In this document: one piece after another, positions 52,821-63,680 of the stretch
Numbering within the stretch: the first letter of the stretch is position 1
How the letters are laid out: each line of letters opens with the position of its first letter
Assembly: GCA_963843555.1 (NCBI GenBank)
Contig: CAWJKV010000012.1
Location: 32,001 to 96,000, forward strand
Direction: 5' to 3'
Length of the DNA stretch: 64,000 bases
DNA from: an uncultured Methanosarcinales archaeon
Lineage (GTDB): Archaea; Halobacteriota; Methanosarcinia; Methanotrichales; Methanotrichaceae
Notes under the pieces: model-generated
Told to the model about the DNA's origin: nothing
The model's input: only the letters and a program-made list of their open reading frames with translations
Database searches by the model: none
Position numbers and translations under genes: made by a program

Positions 52821-52890
52821 TTTGACTATTTTGCTTTGGCCGTGGATGGCACGGCCAGAGATAACCGTCTTTTCAAAGAGATGATCAAGA

Positions 52891-53217
52891 TTGTTCCACC
52901 AATATGCAGATGCGGTCGAAGTGCAGATGGCACCTGGCCTCATCCGTCGAACCCTAGTCAGCGGAGAGAGACTCATGATTTGCCGATTTGATCTGGACCA
53001 GGGCGTGGTGATTCCAAACCACTCTCACCCCCATGATCAGGCGGGCTATGTGGTCTCGGGACTGATTCGAGTTACAGTTGAGGGCGTTGGTCTGGAACTG
53101 GGTCCTGGGGACAGCTACTGCGCTCCATCGGGAGTCCTGCACTCTGCGCAGGCTCTGGAGAAGACTGTGGTAGTGGATACCTTCAGCCCGCCAAGAGAAG
53201 ACTACCGCTCCACATAG
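52891..53217 (+). CDS. Cupin-domain protein
   Basis: HSHPHDQAGYVVSG, PGDSY..P.GVLH, DTFSPPREDY. Confidence 0.88.
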   Translation: MFHQYADAVEVQMAPGLIRRTLVSGERLMICRFDLDQGVVIPNHSHPHDQAGYVVSGLIRVTVEGVGLELGPGDSYCAPSGVLHSAQALEKTVVVDTFSPPREDYRST

Positions 53218-53254
53218 CAAAGTCGTTGGAAAAAAGATGGCAAATAAATGAGGG

Positions 53255-53749
53255 CTAAAGGCTGTGGCTCTTCAGACCCAGGATCTCGTCAACCTTGACT
53301 CCCTCCAGCTTCCAGACCATGTTTCGCCCTCCGTTCAACAGTACCTCCACCGGCCCCTCGGGCGAATGGCCAAGAGCAGATAGGACATTGGATGAGAGCC
53401 CTTTGCTCTTAATCAAGTTCACGAATCTCTCCCTAATCTGGCTTTTCACTCCGGCATCTTTCACCTCTGCAAGCCGGCCGGGCAGGGCTACAAAGCTGAA
53501 AGTGGAAAGATCCGGCGAATAATTCTCTATTTCCACGATTACGTTGGGATTATTCCGGAAGTACTGCACCTTCCTTCCATAATTGGTAGACAGAAAGTAC
53601 ATGAATCTGCCATCAAATACGTAAAGGAAAGGCGCGATGTAAGGATGCTCTTCGCCCTTGAAGGCGATGCGGCAGATGTATTGTTCTTTTACCAGGCGGT
53701 CGTACTCCGCCTTTCCCATGCGGGGCATCTTGAAGATATCCTCAGACAT
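53255..53749 (-). CDS. Pyridoxamine 5'-phosphate oxidase-family FMN-binding protein
   Basis: ICRIAF..PYIAP..Y, GRKVQYFRNNPNV. Confidence 0.85.
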   Translation of the reverse strand: MSEDIFKMPRMGKAEYDRLVKEQYICRIAFKGEEHPYIAPFLYVFDGRFMYFLSTNYGRKVQYFRNNPNVIVEIENYSPDLSTFSFVALPGRLAEVKDAGVKSQIRERFVNLIKSKGLSSNVLSALGHSPEGPVEVLLNGGRNMVWKLEGVKVDEILGLKSHSL

Positions 53750-53889
53750 TTCATTCTCCTCTGCGAGAGCCGTCGCGTAAAGTCTGCTTGACCGCCGTCC
53801 CGAAAAAGATTTCGAAACGATTTTAGATGGGATCACTTTCACCCCGCAAGCATATTGATTATAATCCAATAAGTTCGACAACCATCTGG

Positions 53890-55077
53890 ATGGTCACACT
53901 GGAGAAGATCGCCCACCTGGCCCAGGATTGCAGATTCGAGTCCCTCGGTCCTGCCTTGCATGTGAACCCGGAAAAGCTCAGCTCTCTAGGGGAGGGAACC
54001 CGCCATGACGTATGCGCCTCCACCTACTCCCCTCGTGAGTCGCCGTTGCCCGGAATTTGCCATGCCTTCACCCAGGACGGCAGGTGCGTTAGCCTCTTCA
54101 AAACCCTTTATACCAACCACTGCAGCCATGAGTGCAATTACTGCACCAATGCCACAAACTGCAGCCGCAAGACAAAGGCGTTCTCATATACTCCGGAAGA
54201 GTTGGCGAGCATCACCCTCTCCCTATACCGCTCCAACTATATCGAGGGCCTTTTTCTCAGCTCAGGTGCGGGCCGAAATGAAGATGATATCATGGAGAAG
54301 ATGGTGGATGCAGTGCGTCGGCTGCGCCACGATCATGGTTTCCCGGGATATATTCATCTCAAGGTCTTGCCCGGAGCCTCCCAGGCTCACATTCAGGAAG
54401 CAATGGAACTGGCAGACAGGGTCAGCATAAACCTGGAGGCTTCAACTGCAACGCATCTGAATGAGATGTGCGCCACCAAGAGCTATGAGAGCGATATCCT
54501 GCAAAGGCAGAGATATATCCGCGACCTGAAGACGGCGGCCAATCTTCCCGCAGGCCAGACGACACAGCTCGTCGTGGGCGCGGGCGGGGAGAGCGATCTG
54601 GAGATCTTCAAGAGAATCCTCTACGAGTATGAGGAGATCGGGCTCAGACGCGCCTACTACAGCGCTTTTTGCCCCCAAGAGGGCACGCACTTCGAACGCA
54701 AAGAGGCACAGCCGCAGTGGCGAGAGCACCGCCTCTACCAGATGGACTGGCTCTACCGGGTGTACCATTTCCAGCCCCGTGAGATCCGCCAGGCCTTTGA
54801 CGAGAACGGTTTTCTGCAGAATAATGATCCCAAGACGGCCATCGCCCATGAGTTCATGGACTCGCCCGTGGACCCTAATGTGGCAACCTTCCAGGAATTG
54901 CTGAGAGTCCCGGGCATCGGGCCCAGAAGTGCTCAGCGAATTATGGCCCTCCGGCAGAGACAGACAATTCTCGCCAAATCGGAGCTGGCGGCGCTAGGAG
55001 TCAGAATCAAGAGGGCTGCGCCCTTCTTGAAGATCAACGGCTGGAGAGATGCCACTTTGGAGATGTGGTCATCTTGA
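53890..55077 (+). CDS. Putative DNA modification/repair radical SAM protein with C-terminal HhH
   Basis: GICHAFTQDGRCVSLFK, CSHECNYC, YIEGLFLSS, YIHLK, REHRLYQMDWL, LLRVPGIG. Confidence 0.92.
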   Translation: MVTLEKIAHLAQDCRFESLGPALHVNPEKLSSLGEGTRHDVCASTYSPRESPLPGICHAFTQDGRCVSLFKTLYTNHCSHECNYCTNATNCSRKTKAFSYTPEELASITLSLYRSNYIEGLFLSSGAGRNEDDIMEKMVDAVRRLRHDHGFPGYIHLKVLPGASQAHIQEAMELADRVSINLEASTATHLNEMCATKSYESDILQRQRYIRDLKTAANLPAGQTTQLVVGAGGESDLEIFKRILYEYEEIGLRRAYYSAFCPQEGTHFERKEAQPQWREHRLYQMDWLYRVYHFQPREIRQAFDENGFLQNNDPKTAIAHEFMDSPVDPNVATFQELLRVPGIGPRSAQRIMALRQRQTILAKSELAALGVRIKRAAPFLKINGWRDATLEMWSS

Positions 55078-55718
55078 GAGTACCGGAAGACTACCACCAT
55101 TACCTTTCCCTGCACCAGGACTGCAATGAACGGCTGCTCGCCAGGGCAAAAAGTTTTACATCACTGGACCTGAAAGTCTCTCTCGATCCGGAGGCAGTGC
55201 GCCTGAGAAAGATGGTCTATGCTGTCATGGGAGAGGTGCACAGGATGCTGGCCTTTGTGCGGCTGAAGCCCCTTGGCTCTCAAGTCCTTTATGGCTACCT
55301 GAAACCGAGACACAGGATTGGAGGGCACGTCTCTGATCACTTCGCTCGCAGGACTCCGGGAATAATAGTAGTCCTTGGCAATGGCAGTGAGAGCTGGATA
55401 GCGCTCTGCCAGGAGGGAAGAATTATGCGAGATCATGGGAAGGGAGTGGCTGAGACACTGGAAAGATTGAGGTCGGCCCTGGATTGCCCTGCGGACGGTC
55501 TGGATTTGGATAATTCGAATGTGAACAATCTGAATGTGGGTAATATCAATGTAGACGACCTCTGGCAGGTCTATTACGACAGCCAGTACTGCCCGGAGCG
55601 CAAGAATCTGGCCGCCTTTCACAGCCGCATGCCCAGGAGGGATCAGGAGGCAGCAGGGCTCCGGCTGGTGCAAAACAAGAAAGAGACAACTCTGGAGGAC
55701 TTTCTTGGCGAAGGTTGA
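55065..55718 (+). CDS. DUF4130-family partner of the radical SAM protein
   Basis: EVHRMLAFVRL, HFARR, LWQVYYDS...ERKN...MP; overlaps the radical SAM stop. Confidence 0.82.
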   Translation: MVILRVPEDYHHYLSLHQDCNERLLARAKSFTSLDLKVSLDPEAVRLRKMVYAVMGEVHRMLAFVRLKPLGSQVLYGYLKPRHRIGGHVSDHFARRTPGIIVVLGNGSESWIALCQEGRIMRDHGKGVAETLERLRSALDCPADGLDLDNSNVNNLNVGNINVDDLWQVYYDSQYCPERKNLAAFHSRMPRRDQEAAGLRLVQNKKETTLEDFLGEG

Positions 55719-55831
55719 TATTTTCTTTCGTCATTTTCTGGTAACAGCGGTTCTTTTTCTCCTATGAATAAAGTATTTATTGGAGCACGCATAACCACGT
55801 ATAATAATAGTGTAACCCGGAGGGATTAAAT

Positions 55832-56122
55832 TTGAATAAGCTAATATCGGTATTTTTCGCTGCAATGATGCTTCTGTTTGCAGCAGCGTCTGTAATCGCA
55901 GCAGAAAACGCAACTCAAGAGGCGTCAGAGAAGGAGAGTAAGGTACTTGAGCAGGCAGAGAAAAACCTTTCTGCCACACAAAAGATTAGTGAAGAAGCCA
56001 AGGAGACGGCTAATAAGGCCAAAGAGGAAGCCTCCGGAAAGGAGCAGCCCGGATTTGAGGCTACCTTTGCGTTAGCTGGTCTTTTGGCAGTCGCATTTAT
56101 CGCCTTGAATAGGAAAGCTTAA
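55832..56122 (+). CDS. Small PGF-CTERM (archaeosortase-sorted) surface protein
   Basis: Signal peptide, charged helix, QPGFE + TM + RK tail. Confidence 0.88.
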   Translation: MNKLISVFFAAMMLLFAAASVIAAENATQEASEKESKVLEQAEKNLSATQKISEEAKETANKAKEEASGKEQPGFEATFALAGLLAVAFIALNRKA

Positions 56123-56284
56123 TGAGCTAGCTAACCATCTTTTTATACAACCGATGCGGGCCACATAATTTATATCGTTTAATTCAATTGCCATTGTATA
56201 TCTCATAATAAGCTATAAATACTAATTTTCCTATAAAATCAAACGGCGCATCTATTGTGAGCTGCAAAGGCAATTTAACGAATT

Positions 56285-56529
56285 TTAAAGTGTAACCTCT
56301 ATATACTGACCTGCAAAAGCCTCCCTGAGATGCTCTTCCTATCCCTTGGATAGAGAAGTCTTTGAGAAGTCTTCAAATACCTTTACGTTCTTGTACTTCT
56401 TCAGCCGCTATTACTCAATCTGGGTGGATTCTCTATCAACAAGAACAATACTAGGTTTCCAGGCTGAATAGCATCTCCGACTTCTTTGATGAATTGGTGG
56501 TCCACACCCACATCTGTAAACTTTTCAGC
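56285..56529 (-). pseudogene. DUF1269-like gene 3' fragment, degraded
   Basis: FTDVGVDHQFIKEVGDAIQPGN..LFLL..KTSLSK*EEHLREAF; 5' half missing, internal stop and indels. Confidence 0.65.
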
Positions 56530-56532
56530 AAC

Positions 56533-56594
56533 GGCTCCGGCTGGTGCAGAACAAGAAAGAGGTCACTCTGGAGGACTTCCTCGGCGGAGGCTAG
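56533..56594 (+). repeat. Diverged 62-bp copy of the DUF4130 gene 3' end (55657-55718)
   Basis: 10 mismatches in 62 bp; encodes LRLVQNKKEVTLEDFLGGG* versus LRLVQNKKETTLEDFLGEG*. Confidence 0.9.
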
Positions 56595-56668
56595 AGCCTC
56601 ATTGATCATTCTCTGAGCCCAATTTGCCGTGAAATCGTTTCGGTTAAAGAAACTGAATTGCAATCATT

Positions 56669-57721
56669 TCAGTCTTTCAGGTTAGCATTGCTGAGAATGG
56701 AGCCCTTCTTGGAGGGCAATAGGCTTGCCGCCATGGCAAGTATGGGACCCATGATCAGACCCGAACCTGACAGAAGGGCGATGGTTCCCAGGACTGCCAT
56801 GAGTACCCTCTGCAAAATCCCGGCTTCTCCCCTGGCCAGGCGGATTACAGCCACGCCCAAGAGAGCATGGAAGACGGCTATTGCCAGAGTTATATACACC
56901 TCCGGTCCAAAGGGTGCCCGGCTGAGGCTGAAGACCATTTGCGTGAGGATAGAGGCGCTGGTGCCCAGGAATAGAAACCCTGCAAGGGTTCCGGCCAGAC
57001 AAAATGCGGTGTGACGGGGGCCTCGCCAGAAGATGAGAAGGCCTATGATCTCCGCCAACAGATAAGGCAGGAATAACAGCCCCAGGTTCTGGCCCTCCCA
57101 GACATACACAGATATGAGCCGGAAGGGCATTGTTATTCTCTCTGTTAAGCTGAACTCCTCTCGATAGCCTACTCCCAGGCTATAGTGTCCAGCCGAACCC
57201 CCAACCGTTTGTCCGGCCATGCCTGACATATTGTTGCCATAAACGGCGGCGTAATATCGGGCCGATTGAGGGGCTGAGATGTTAATCTCCCCCATCTCGA
57301 TGTAGCTGCTGGGCCCGAAGGGCTCATAGGTGGCATTTTCTGCCTCGCTGCCCTGGACCGTCAGGATTCCCAGATCCTCTAAACCTGCAGGCAAGACCAC
57401 ATCATCCGGCAGCTGCCCGGACGGTTCCAATCCCGGCCCCAAAAGGACCAGATTCGGCTGGAAATCCTTCTCCTCCGGATCAGCGGACTTGGAGAGCATC
57501 AGATCGATTCGCCCACCCAACTTTCTGTCGAAGCTGTAGTACTGGACCATATCCGGCTCAAGAACGCCGTAAATCGCCCAGGATTTTTCGGGATCAGAGA
57601 TATGCATGGCTGTGGAAATGTTTTCATTTCCCCCGGCCATGAGAGGCACATGAGCCATAGCTGGAGAAGAAATCAAAAGCAGTATCAGCAAAACAATCCA
57701 GGGAAATACGCCGGGCTTCAC
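56669..57721 (-). CDS. Hypothetical membrane protein with extracellular N-terminal domain
   Basis: Signal peptide ending AMAHVP, YEPFGP, GHYSLGVGYREEF, several C-terminal TM helices. Confidence 0.78.
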   Translation of the reverse strand: MKPGVFPWIVLLILLLISSPAMAHVPLMAGGNENISTAMHISDPEKSWAIYGVLEPDMVQYYSFDRKLGGRIDLMLSKSADPEEKDFQPNLVLLGPGLEPSGQLPDDVVLPAGLEDLGILTVQGSEAENATYEPFGPSSYIEMGEINISAPQSARYYAAVYGNNMSGMAGQTVGGSAGHYSLGVGYREEFSLTERITMPFRLISVYVWEGQNLGLLFLPYLLAEIIGLLIFWRGPRHTAFCLAGTLAGFLFLGTSASILTQMVFSLSRAPFGPEVYITLAIAVFHALLGVAVIRLARGEAGILQRVLMAVLGTIALLSGSGLIMGPILAMAASLLPSKKGSILSNANLKD

Positions 57722-57825
57722 GCTAAACAGGGAATATCCAATTGGTATTCAATATTTCGGCTTGACATGAGAAGATTTATCTTTTATCCGGGCCACTTAG
57801 CTGGTGTTAGAGTGGAGGTTGATGT

Positions 57826-58770
57826 ATGATTCAAAAAAAATGGTCTTTACTGAGTCTATTGTTTATAGCGAGCTTGATTTGTATGGGGTCATGCGCAGCC
57901 CAGAATGATACGACGGCAAGATATGGTGTGTTAGATGCTGCAAACGACCTTGGTCTCAGTGAATTCTCTGCAATGATAGGGAGTTCCAGCCTATCGAATA
58001 CTTTGAACAACCAGGGGGTACTTACTTTTGGCACAGGGTCCTATGTGATCTTTGCGCCCAGCGATGAGGCCTTTGCCGGCGCCACAGGTATTGACATCAA
58101 TAGCGTCAAAGAGAACCGGACGGATCTTAAAAGAATTTTGAGCTATCACGTGGTCTGGAACGACGGTGCCTTCGAAAATATATCCGAACTCTCTTCTGTG
58201 AGGACGCTGCAAGGGGAGAATTTGACGCTGAATAACACCGACGGTCTCAAGGTGAATGGGGCGAATGTCACTCTGAGCCAGAAATATGATAACGGCACCA
58301 TCTATGTGATCGATCAAGTGCTGCTGCCTGAGAAGAGCTCAATTCCAGGCGTGGCTGAGGCGGCCAATGATTTGGGCGCAAAGAAATTCGCAGCTGCTAT
58401 CAAGGCAGCAGGATTAGAGGAGACGCTGAACGGTCAGGGCCTTATGGGAATTGAGAGCTTATCAGAAGGACCCTTTACAGTCTTTGCCCCTAGCGATTCG
58501 GCTTTTGACAAGGCCAAATCGGAGATAGATTCGATCAACAAGAAAGATCAGGGCATGATAGACCTTCTTGGCTACCATACAGTTGATGCTAAAGAGCTCG
58601 TCAACATGACCGACACCAATTCTGTCAAGACCCTGCAAGGAGAATCCCTGGCAGTAGACGTCGGAGCAGGGCAAGTCGGCGGAGCTCGTGTTTTGAAATC
58701 CGAGAGGTATGATAACGGCATAGTCTACGTCATCGACAGAGTGCTCGTTCCGATAGGATTGAGCATGTGA
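57826..58770 (+). CDS. Secreted fasciclin protein, two FAS1 domains
   Basis: FAPSD.AF, YHVV, KTLQGE, NG.IYVID.VL, each twice. Confidence 0.92.
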   Translation: MIQKKWSLLSLLFIASLICMGSCAAQNDTTARYGVLDAANDLGLSEFSAMIGSSSLSNTLNNQGVLTFGTGSYVIFAPSDEAFAGATGIDINSVKENRTDLKRILSYHVVWNDGAFENISELSSVRTLQGENLTLNNTDGLKVNGANVTLSQKYDNGTIYVIDQVLLPEKSSIPGVAEAANDLGAKKFAAAIKAAGLEETLNGQGLMGIESLSEGPFTVFAPSDSAFDKAKSEIDSINKKDQGMIDLLGYHTVDAKELVNMTDTNSVKTLQGESLAVDVGAGQVGGARVLKSERYDNGIVYVIDRVLVPIGLSM

Positions 58771-59063
58771 AGCGAGCAGCCTTCGTTTGCTCTTCTTGGG
58801 TCGAGGCATTCCATGCTTCGATCCCAATTCTTGTGATTAAGGGTTAATGCTTTCCTGAAACTCTACATTCCTGCGATATGGTCGTCTAATTGTATTCCTT
58901 TTGTAATTTTCCGAGCGAATGCGCTGCAATATTTGTCATGTATCCGACTCATTACTCGGAACGTACCAAATCCTTTAGAAAAATTTATATTCCATGCATA
59001 CTAATATTGGTATAGAATTTTGCACTAAATTTCGGTGCAGTTCATAATATTGGAGGATTTAGA

Positions 59064-59540
59064 ATGATTGGAAAGCTATCTATAATAGCATTATTGACTT
59101 CGGCTCTGCTCTTGGCCGGAGTATGCATGGCGGCCGAGAAGAACATCATGGAGATCGCCAATGCAACATCAAACCTAACCGAATTTGTTGGCGCAGTCGA
59201 GACCGCAGGATTGACTGATACCCTTAGCTCAGGAGATTACACTGTATTTGCACCCAGCGACGAAGCCTTCTTCAAGATACCGAATGAGGACTACAAAGCG
59301 CTGCTTGAGAATTCCACAGGGCTTAAAGACATCCTCATCTTCCATGTAGTTAAGGGCAAGATGATGTCCAAGGACCTTAAGGATGGGCAGGAGCTCACAA
59401 CCTTGCAGGGCGAAAATCTGATGGTTAAGGTCTGGCCAAATGGAGTCATGAGCGTCAACGGTGCCAATATAACCCAGGCAGATGTTGAAGCCAGCAACGG
59501 CGTCATCCATATTATCGACACCGTTCTGATGCCCAAGTAA
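59064..59540 (+). CDS. Secreted fasciclin protein, single FAS1 domain
   Basis: YTVFAPSDEAF, FHVV, TTLQG, ASNGVIHIIDTVL. Confidence 0.93.
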   Translation: MIGKLSIIALLTSALLLAGVCMAAEKNIMEIANATSNLTEFVGAVETAGLTDTLSSGDYTVFAPSDEAFFKIPNEDYKALLENSTGLKDILIFHVVKGKMMSKDLKDGQELTTLQGENLMVKVWPNGVMSVNGANITQADVEASNGVIHIIDTVLMPK

Positions 59541-59544
59541 AAAA

Positions 59545-59583
59545 AAAGCCGGTCGAGCCGGCTTTCAATAATTTTTTGTTTTT
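59545..59583 (+). terminator. Hairpin plus T-tract terminator
   Basis: AAAGCCGG-TCGAG-CCGGCTTT followed by TTTTTTGTTTTT. Confidence 0.7.
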
Positions 59584-59637
59584 CTGTTATAAAATTTCAT
59601 GAAACATCGATCTTGCGCCTTTGAGAGGCCGATAGAA

Positions 59638-61199
59638 ATGGCAGAAGATGGTCTTAATCTGAAATTAAGCTCCGCCTTTGAGGAGATCTATGAGACAATC
59701 GACGGATTACCCGTCTTTAAAATGCTGATCGACGGAAAATGGCGAAGCAGCGAACGAGAGGAATTGGTCGATGTACACACTCCGATAGACGGCAGCGTCA
59801 TAGCACGAGCCCAGGACGGCACAGAGAATGATGTAAATTTTGCCTGCCGCACAGCTTATGAGAGAAGAGGCATCCGGGAACTTCCAGGCCGGGAGAGAAT
59901 CGAGATCTTCGAATGTGGGGCAGGTATTCTGGAGAAGCACCGGGAAATGTTCGTACGCATTCTTCAGATTGAGACCGGCAAGACAGCCCAGGATGCAGAG
60001 GGTGAATTTAAAGCTGCTTTGCAGAGATTTCGGTTAACAAAGCAGGAGGCCAGCCGGATTTTTGGCGAGTATATTCCAGGGGATTGGAATACTGGAACCA
60101 CAGAGAAGATGGCAATGGTGATACGCGAGCCGGTGGGCGTAGTGGCGGCCATAGTTCCATTCAACTATCCTCTCTTCATTGCCGCAACCAAGATAGTGCC
60201 TGCCCTTCTGGCCGGTAACTCGGTGGTCATAAAGCCCTCCAGCACCAATCCCATCGCTGCTACTCTGCTGACTGGAGTTCTGGAAAGCGCAGGGGTGCCG
60301 AAAGGGAGCATGAACCTGGTTACTGGCAAGGGAGACAGGGCTGGAGACGCACTTGTGGCGAGTGAAGATGTGGATATGATCAACTTCACAGGAAGCACGC
60401 CCGTGGGGAGGGCGATTTCAGAGAAGGCAGGGATGAAACGGCTCCATCTGGAACTGGGCGGAAAGGCTTATGCCCTGGTTCTGGAGGATGCGGATCTTGA
60501 TTTGGCTGCCCAAAAATGCGTCTATGGATCTCTGAAGTCTGCCGGGCAGAGGTGCGACGCTGTGAGTGCTGTTCTGGCCATGGAGCCCATTGCCGATGCC
60601 TTAGTCAGGAAGATCACCGCCGAGGCGGACGGATGGAAGATGGGAGACCCCAGGGATGAGTCTGTCAATATTGGCCCTGTGATCAATTCTCGGGCCGCGG
60701 CACGGATCGGAGAGCTGGTCTCGGACGCCGTGGCAAAAGGAGCCGAGCTCTTGCGGGGCGGCAAATTTTCCGGGCCATACTTTCAGCCCACTGTGCTCGA
60801 CCGTGTGCCACAACAGGCCTTAATCGCCAGCGAAGAGGTCTTCGGGCCTGTGGTTACAATTATCCGCTGCAAGGACCTGGACGAGGCCTTGATGTTTGCC
60901 CGCAAATCAAAATACGGACTGGAGTCATGCGTCTTTACAAAAGACTTCTACCTCATGTGGCGTGTGGCCAAGGCACTGGAATGCGGCGAGGTTACTATCA
61001 ACGACTGTCCGTCTCACGGGTTGGCTATTTCCCGTTCGGCGGAATAAAACAATCCGGCCTGGGGCGAGAGGGCATAGGCTACAGCATCGATGAGATGACC
61101 CGCCTTAAGACCATCGTCTTCAATCTGGCCCCTGCGGGCCTGGGAAAGAAAGAGCAATCAGCTGCGACCTGCAAGAGCAAGACCGGATCTAAACAATAG
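59638..61199 (+). CDS. Aldehyde dehydrogenase, probably non-phosphorylating GAPN (frameshift near 61020)
   Basis: REPVGVV..PFNYP, FTGST, LELGGK, GQRCDA, EEVFGP, FPFGGIKQSGLGREG. Confidence 0.88.
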
Positions 61200-61278
61200 T
61201 TGATAGGCGAAGAGAATGCATAAATGCGAAAAAAATGAAAAAGGCGGCAAAATGCCATTGGCACGTGCAAAATGCCAC

Positions 61279-62645
61279 CTATTTTTTTATGGGATACTTA
61301 TTCGATCTCCAGCCGGCCATGCCGCCCAAGATCACCGCCAGATCCGACCAGCCCCGGGACTTCAGAAAGCTTGCCGCCACCATGGAACGCATGCCGCTGC
61401 CGCAGAAGATGTAAACTGTCATACTCTTCGGCACTTCATCCATTTCTCGCCGCAATCTCTGTGATGTGGATATGCTGGGCACCATCGATCTGGCCGTCTT
61501 TCTCCAGCTCGCCCTCGGATCTCACATCCAGGATCCAGATCGGTTCACCGAATCCAGCCGTCGGCATATTTCGTGCACCGTGAGGTTCTGATGGATGCCG
61601 ACTCTCTGCCCGACATGTGCCAGTTGAGCATGCCTCCGGCCAGGAATCCGGCGATGTTGTCGAAGCCCAGACGGATAAGAATGCGAGTGGCTTTTTCATG
61701 ATCGTTGCCCTCTCCCACCAGGAGAATGGGCTGGTCGTAGTTCTGAGAAACCAGCCGGCAAAGCTGGCCAATCCGTCCAGCCAGATGGATTGGGCGCCTG
61801 GAATGTGAGCGGCGCCATAGCGCGAGTTCCATCCGGGTGTCCAGGATCTGGGCCCCTTTCGATGGGTCCGAAAGTCCTTTGGGTCCAGGGGCCGAATATT
61901 GGGCAGGGCCCCCAGGATGGGCGCTCCCTCCAGGTTCACCTTTTCCATCCTGCTGAAGTAGGGCGGCCTATCCGGCTGGCTCTCTCAATAGAGCTGCCAC
62001 GAACTCCTCCTTGCTTTTCGCCTGCAGCCTCGGGTTGTGCTTTCTCTCCAGGCCGATGGTGGTCCAGAGGCGCTCGGCGATCGACTCTCCGCAGGCGGAA
62101 CCGGATCCGTGGGCCGGGCAGACGATTACTTCGTCTCCGAGCGGCAAGAGCTTTCCGAAGAGGCTGTCGTAGAGGAGGCCGGCATTTTCGGCGGCCCTTT
62201 CCCAGCCCATCAGGTCGATGCGGCCCACCTCTCCGGCAAAGAGAGCATCCCCGCAAAAGACCATGGAGGCAAGGCCTGTCGGATCCCGGAGGAGATAGCT
62301 CATGCTCCCGGGAGTATGACCGGGCGTGGGGATGGCTTCGAACTCCAGACGGCCCACCTTCCATTTCTGGCCCGGACGAACATTATTGCCATACTTGTAG
62401 TCCCACTGGCCGTCGGCATGCCAGACCTCGGCTCCAGTCCTTCCGGCCAGCTCCATCGATCCCACAAAATAGTCCTCATTGCGGTGGGTCTCCAGGATGT
62501 GAACAATCCTCATTCCGGCATTTGAGGACAACTCTGTATAGACCTCAACGTCTCTGCGGGGATCGATTACCAGTGCTTGGTTCTTGTCTCCAATCAGATA
62601 GGAGTAATGAGCCAAACCCTCTGAGACAATTCTTTCGAAGAGCAT
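61279..62645 (-). CDS. MBL-fold hydrolase fused to two rhodanese domains (several frameshifts)
   Basis: ETHRNED, TPGHTPG, GDALF, PAHGSGSACG, AHIPGA, CGSGMRS, GGM.GW. Confidence 0.88.
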
Positions 62646-62664
62646 ATTAGTATTTAGCGAGTAT

Positions 62665-63555
62665 TTAGCGAGGTTTCTCTCCCGTGACTGTCTGGTTCTC
62701 CGGGTGGGACGACCACTCTGTAAAAGAGCCCTCGTAGATTTGAACCCTCTCATGGCCCAGGTAGAATTTGAAGAAGAGGAATTCGTTCGTGGCTTCTCGC
62801 CCCGTTCCGCAATAGATGATCAGGTTCTTCTCAGGAGTTATGTCGAACTTCGCCACCAGCTCTTGCAGTTCTTCGTCGCTCTTCATGAGCCGGGCATTGT
62901 CCTTGGTCATGAGAGTTCTCCAGGGGAGACTGTTGGCTCCCGGGATATGGCCGTTCTTGATCCACAGGCCGCCTTCTTTGTAGGACCTCATAGGGTCGGG
63001 CGTCGAAGAGGATCACATCCTCCTGATCCTTACGCCTCTTGAATTCCTCGTACTCGATAAAATACTCTTTCCGAACCTGGACACGGAAGTTGGATGGTTG
63101 CCAGGAAGGAAATACTTTGGTAAGCTCCCGGCCTTCGCTCCTTCCATTTCTCCAGGCCGCCGTCCAGGATGCAGACATTCTTATGGCCGAAGCGTATCAG
63201 GGAGTAGGCCATCATGGTCTGCTCCAGGCCGTCTCCCAGGCCTGCAGTGCATTTGCTGTATCGACCGGCTGAGGAATAAATCACCACTGGTTTATCGGGG
63301 TCAAGGCCGGCTGCGGCTGAGGACGGGCTGCAGGGCTTCGGGCTGAACATACATGGACGGCAGTCGATCCTGGGCCGAGCGCAGTACGCCCTCGTTCAGG
63401 TAGATTGCCCCGGGAAGGTGACCCATGATGTAGTCGTGCACATTGGGCTGCACATCGAGGATCATGAGATTTTCTTCGTTTATGTGATCTGCCAGCCAAT
63501 CTGTCGAAATCCACTTCACTATGCTCTTGCCGAGAGGATAAGGATACGTCTTCAT
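62665..63555 (-). CDS. Tandem-rhodanese sulfurtransferase (several frameshifts)
   Basis: STDWLA, YIMGHLPGA, ILDGGLEKW, GHIPGA, YCGTGREA, YEGSFTEW. Confidence 0.88.
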
Positions 63556-63680
63556 AATCTCAAAACTCCCTGATTTTCCGTATCAGTTGTGCCTTCAGAA
63601 ATTGTGTGTTTCACTGTTCATTTAGGTTCTAATAGCTTATCTATTTAACGAGGTCTGTCTTGCAGGCAGATTAAATTACA

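Noticed and set aside
55505..55555. Three 15-bp repeats in DUF4130 (DNSNV/NNLNV/GNINV)
   Set aside because: In-frame low-complexity linker expansion with no evidence of function
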